A DNA stretch of 37,737 nt, taken from positions 62,001 to 99,737 of the forward strand of contig NW_026867842.1 in NCBI RefSeq assembly GCF_020745735.1. Direction: 5' to 3'. The position numbers and the translations under genes are program-made. The notes beneath the pieces are model-generated. The model searched no databases. It was not told the origin of the DNA and saw only the letters and a program-made list of their open reading frames with translations. This document shows, one piece after another, positions 33,300-37,737 of this stretch (within the stretch, counting starts at the first letter, position 1; the number at the start of each line of letters is the position of its first letter). This DNA is from Hemiscyllium ocellatum (Eukaryota).

Positions 33300-34540
33300 T
33301 CATCATAGAGTCATAGAGGTTTACAGCATGGAATCAGGCCCTTCAGCCCAACTCATCCATGCCCACCAAGTTCCAAAACTGAACTAATCCCATTTGCCTG
33401 TGTTTGGCCCAAATCTCTCTGAATCCTTCCTATCCATGTTGCTGTAAAAATCTCCTTGAAATGTAGTAACTGTACTCCCCCTCTACCACTTCTCTGGCAG
33501 CTCATTACACATACACACCAACCTCTGTGTGAAAAGGTTCGCTCTCAGTTTCCTTCTAATTCTTTCCCCCCTCAACTTAAACCTATTCCTTCTAGTACTG
33601 GATTCTCCTACCCTGGGGAAAAGACTTTGGCTATTTACCTTATCTATGACTCTCATGATTCTATAAACCTATATAAGGTCACCCCTCAATCTCCTGCATT
33701 CACTGGAAAAACATCTTGGCATATCCATCCTCGCCTTATAATTCAAACCCTCCAATCTTGGTAACATCCCTGTTAATCTTTCTTTTATTCAAACCAGCGT
33801 AATAACTTCCTTCCTATAGCAGGGTGAGCAGAAAAATACACAGTGACCAAACGTGGCCTTCCCAATGCCTTGTACAGCTGTAACATGATGTCCCAGCTCC
33901 TGTACTCCCTGCTTTGACCAGTGAAGGTGAGCGTGCCAAATACCTTCTTCACCACCCTGTCTACCTGTGACACCATTTTCAAGGAACTATGTACCTGTAC
34001 CCCTCGGTCTCTCTGTTCAACAACACTCCCCATGGCTCTACCATTAATTGTGTAATTCCTGCCCTGGTTTGTCTTACCAAAATGCAACTCCTTCTTTTAT
34101 CAAAATTTCCATCTGGATTTGTTGACTCACTGGCCCAGTTGATCAAGATGACATTGCACTTTTGGATAACCTTCTTCCCTGTCCACGATGCCAACAATTT
34201 TAATGTCAGCCAAAAATGTCCTGACCGTTCCTGCTATTTTCTCTCCAAATTGTTCATATAAATGACGAACAACAGTGGATCCAGGATCGATTCTTGTGGC
34301 AGACGGCTGGTCACTGGCCTCCAGTCTGAAGAACAACCCTCTCTCACAGCCTCTGCCTCCTATCATCAGGCCAATTTTATATCCAATTTGCTCGGTCTCC
34401 TTGGATCCTATGTGATATAATCTTACTGAGCAATCTACCATGAGGAACCTTGTCTAAGGCCTTGCTAAAGTCCAAGTAAACAGAGTGTACTGCTCTAGCT
34501 TTATCTAGGTTTGTGATTACTTCTTCAAAAACTCAGTCAT
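33300..34540 (-). mobile_element. CR1 RT-to-3' end inserted into the minisatellite of arm 2
   Basis: MHFGKTNQGRNYTING...DIMLQLYKALGRPRL; tail near 33305. Confidence 0.85.
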
Positions 34541-35229
34541 CTACTTGTCTGAATTGGAAAGTGCAATGAATAGGAGGCCCATGTTTACTGATTCTCTTGG
34601 AGGATCAAATCAGAAGTAGGCCAATGTTTACTGGTTCTGTTGGAGATCCAGCAGGGAAGAAGCCATATTTACTGGTCTCTTCTGGGAACTTCAGTGGAAG
34701 GAAGCCCATGTCTCTCTATCGAGCAGCCTTGTGAACTGAATTCCATGTTTAGTGGACTCTGTTGGAGAGTCCAGTACGTCATGAACACATGGTGGGTATG
34801 GGATCAGTTCCTTTCTGTTGTAACTGTGTGATGCTCCAGCCCTCATCCCAGTCAAACAGCCTGATTCAGAGACTGATCATGGAAGGGGAAGGAAAGGGAA
34901 AAGGATTGGAACATGTTGTGGATGGACAGGCTGGGTCACTGGTCAGAAATTGTCCTTTTCCTCCAGCTCACACTGATGGCCTGAGGATCTCCTCTCTCTG
35001 CTGGGCCTTCATGGAATGAGGTCCAAACCAAACCAGTCCCCAGTGAGAATAGGGCAACAGAACAGAACTGCCTTTCATTTGACAAGAATCTGTCCATCGT
35101 CCTGAATGAGGTCAAACCCTGGTCAGTGTGAGAAATGGGGAGTTACTCCAGGAAAAGACATGTTTTGGGTCAAGGGTTAACATCCATTAGTGGGGCAGAG
35201 CAGAGGGAGATTTATCCTGAATTCAACTG

Positions 35230-35800
35230 TCACCACCTGGGACACTGTGAGAAAGACAGAGAAGCAAGACAAAGAGAGAGGTAAAGGCAAATTGTGTGTG
35301 TGATCGAGCGATAGAGGGAGGGGCATCTGAGACAGTGTGTGATATGTGAAGGGGCCAAGAGAGAGGTAGAGGGAGGTAGACGTGGTGTGATTGAGGGATA
35401 GAGAGAGAGAGAGAAACAAGATGTGATTGATCGGGATGGATAGAGAAAAAGAGATAGGATGGGTGTGATACCAAGAGTGAAGGGAATCAAGAGAGAGTGG
35501 GTAGGGTTGAGTGTGTGTGAGAGAGAGAGAGACATGAGTATGGTAAGAGACAGAATGACAGAGATGGAGGGAGAGAGACTGTAGATTGGGATGCAGAGAG
35601 GGAGGGATAGACAGAGAGAGGAATAGAGAGGGGCAATTAACATTTGGAGGTTTTCAATTGAAGTGAGCAATGGAGCGAGTGATGGTGAGAGAGAAAGATG
35701 CAGAAATAGAGATTATAGAACGGAGTGAGGAAGTGTAAGTTGGAGAGAGTGGCTTTGAGACAGAGTGAGAGAGAGAGAGAGAGAGAGAGACAGAGGGAGG
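35230..35800. repeat. GA-rich low-complexity tract
   Basis: Directly visible. Confidence 0.85.
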
Positions 35801-36720
35801 GGACAAGTCCTGGTCACCACATTCTTGGAAGGATGTGATTGTACTTGAGAGGGTGCAGAGATTTACCAGGATGCTGCCTGGGATGGAGGGTCAGCTGTGG
35901 GGAAAGATTGGAATGGTTGGGGTTGTTTTCCTTGTAGCAGTGAAGGCTGAGAGGGGACCTGATAGAGGGGGATAAGATTATTCAGGGCAGTGATAGGGTG
36001 AGTAGGAAGGCACTTTTTACAAGAGTCAAGGACTCACTAACCAGGGACAGAGATTGAAGGAAAAATAGACATGGACACAAAAAAACTGCGGCAGGAGTAG
36101 GCCATTCGGCCCTTTGAGACTGTTCTGTCATTCAGTATGATCATGGCTGATCCTCTCTCTTGAATTCACCTTCCTACTTTCTCCCCATTCCCTTCATGCT
36201 GTTAAAATGCAAAACAAATATCTCTCTCTTTCTCTTAAATATATTCAGTTCCTTGTCCTCCATAGCCTTCAGTGGAAGATAATTCCACAGATCGACCATC
36301 CTCTGAATGAAGAAATGTTTCCTCATCTCAGTCTGAAATGGTCTTCCCCATATCCCCCTGAGACTGTATCCCCCGGTTCCAGACTCCCCAACCAGGGGAA
36401 ACCTCCTCCCTGCCCAGCCCTGTTAGAATATTATACATTTCAATCAGATCCCCTCTTATCCTTCTGAGTCCAGGCCCAATCGAGTTGGAGAGTGAGAGGA
36501 GAGTTAGGGAGAAATGTTTTCACTCAGAGGGTGGTGGGAGTCTGGAACTCACTGCCTGAAAGGCTGGTTGAGTCACAAACTTCATGACATTGGAGCAGTG
36601 TTTTTAGATATTCCTTTGTTGCTGTAGCCTCCAGGGTAATGGGCCAAGAGCTGGAGGATCATCAGATCTTTGTTTACAGCACAGACACAATGGGCCAAAT
36701 GGCCTCATTCAGTGCTGTCC
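35800..36720. mobile_element. Mixed-orientation CR1 3' fragments
   Basis: GGTCACCACATTCTTGGAAGGATGTG (+); GGAGTAGGCCATTCGGCCC (-); CACTCAGAGGGTGGTGGGAGTCTGG (+). Confidence 0.75.
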
Positions 36721-36741
36721 ACATCAATGATTCTCTGAGAC

Positions 36742-36772
<31 letters not shown>

Positions 36773-36773
36773 A

Positions 36774-36872
36774 GAGGAAGTGTGAGGGGCTGACGTGGCT
36801 CTCTCTGCCTGATGCCATTTACATACTGAGGAACACCCAGTCAGACTCTCACAGGCTGCAGCTTTATAAAGC
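36774..36872 (+). promoter_or_regulatory. V promoter of cluster 2
   Basis: GAGGAAGTG 36774-36782, TGACGTGG 36791-36798, ATTTACAT 36817-36824, TATAAA 36865-36870; identical to cluster 1. Confidence 0.8.
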
Positions 36873-36930
36873 AGAGCCCAGTGAAGGGAGAGTTTATCAG
36901 GAACCAGGCACAGGGACAGGAGCACACACC

Positions 36931-36978
36931 ATGATTTCACACATCCAGCTGATCTGGCCCTGGAATTCTGTGTCGCAG
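36931..36978 (+). pseudogene. V leader exon with a 1-nt deletion (MISHIQLIWP, then shifted; donor in phase 0)
   Basis: GGCCC instead of GGCCCC; GT donor at 36979; 186-nt intron to 37164. Confidence 0.88.
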
Positions 36979-37164
36979 GTACAAATCTCTCTCCTTCCAC
37001 CTTGAATCTTTAGCTGCTCTCCATTTCACTCCAATTCCACTGACTTGTGATTGAAGGGAAAATGCTGAAACCAGAGGAATGCTCAGTGTCTCCAACAATC
37101 TCTCATTTGACAGGCTCTTTCTGTGAAAGTTCTGACTTCACTGTGTTTCTCTCTGATCCCTCAG

Positions 37165-37454
37165 GTATCAGTGAGGACATCATCATGACCTAGTCTCCCC
37201 CACTGCTGTCAGTGGGACTGGGCCAGACCGCAACCATCACCTGTAGGGCCATTAGCAGCTACCTTGCTTGGTACCAGTAGCGAGAAGGTCAGAAACCCTC
37301 TCTCCCGATCTATGCTGCAGCAACTCAACTCACAGGAAGTCTCCGAGCAATTCACCGGCAGTGGATCAGGGACCAGTTTCACCCTGACAATCAGCAACAT
37401 TCAGAATGAGGATGTTGCTGACTATTGACTGTCAGCAGCATTACAGCTGGCCTT
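37165..37454 (+). pseudogene. IGKV: Ig kappa-type V pseudogene
   Basis: TAG stops at 37191 and 37278; 9-nt CDR1 deletion at 37250/37251; +1 insertions near 37337 and 37427; CDR3 start CQQHYSWP. Confidence 0.95.
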
Positions 37455-37482
37455 ACCGGTGATACAGGGCCATCCAAAAATC
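37455..37482 (+). other. Degenerate 12-RSS of the V pseudogene
   Basis: ACCGGTG, spacer ATACAGGGCCAT (homologous to the cluster-1 spacer), CCAAAAATC; the essential CAC is lost. Confidence 0.8.
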
Positions 37483-37737
37483 TCAATTGCACAGCACCAC
37501 CACCTGTCTAACACATTCCACATTTTGTGACATAAGACACAGTTCCACCTCCTGCACTGACACATCCACAGTTATATGTAAATGAAATTGAACAAATTAC
37601 CGCCAAACCGGGATGTCCACGTACATGACCACACTCCAGTCCCTGTGGTGTCCACCGCTCACTGAAGGCCTCACAAGTTTCCCTCTGCATTCCATGGCCA
37701 CATGTGAAGAGCAGCTGCAAGATTTAACATCGAAAAA
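37483..37737 (+). other. V-J intervening sequence of cluster 2 (truncated by window end)
   Basis: Homologous to the reverse complement of 4150-4421; J predicted about 200 bp beyond the window. Confidence 0.85.

Noticed and set aside
1-37737. CRISPR arrays, rRNA or bona fide tRNA genes
   Set aside because: Eukaryotic DNA; the tandem arrays lack unique spacers and the tRNA-like boxes belong to SINE heads.

Overview
Cartilaginous-fish (shark-like) genomic DNA, mostly decayed CR1-type LINEs and elasmobranch SINEs. It holds two immunoglobulin kappa-type light-chain clusters arranged head-to-head. Cluster 1 (minus strand) has a promoter, leader (4941-4988), an open V exon (4450-4754) with a consensus 12-RSS, and a J (3916-3950) with a consensus 23-RSS. 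Its leader as given has a 1-nt deletion. Cluster 2 (plus strand) has a near-identical promoter, leader and intron, but its V is a pseudogene (37165-37454) with a degenerate RSS; its J should lie just past the window end. No constant exon was found in the window. The two clusters are arms of an old inverted duplication (about 4150-11800 vs 28040-37737, possibly out to 12830/24290), shown by shared TE junctions. Within these diverged arms are an about 390-bp near-identical promoter-leader-intron tract and a conserved upstream element carrying ETS-IRF, E-box and RUNX motifs. The spacer contains a Gmr1-like Gypsy remnant, short Penelope-type insertions with hammerhead-ribozyme motifs and target-site duplications, and a near-perfect 64-bp-arm hairpin. 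TE boundaries and identities were estimated by eye, not computed.
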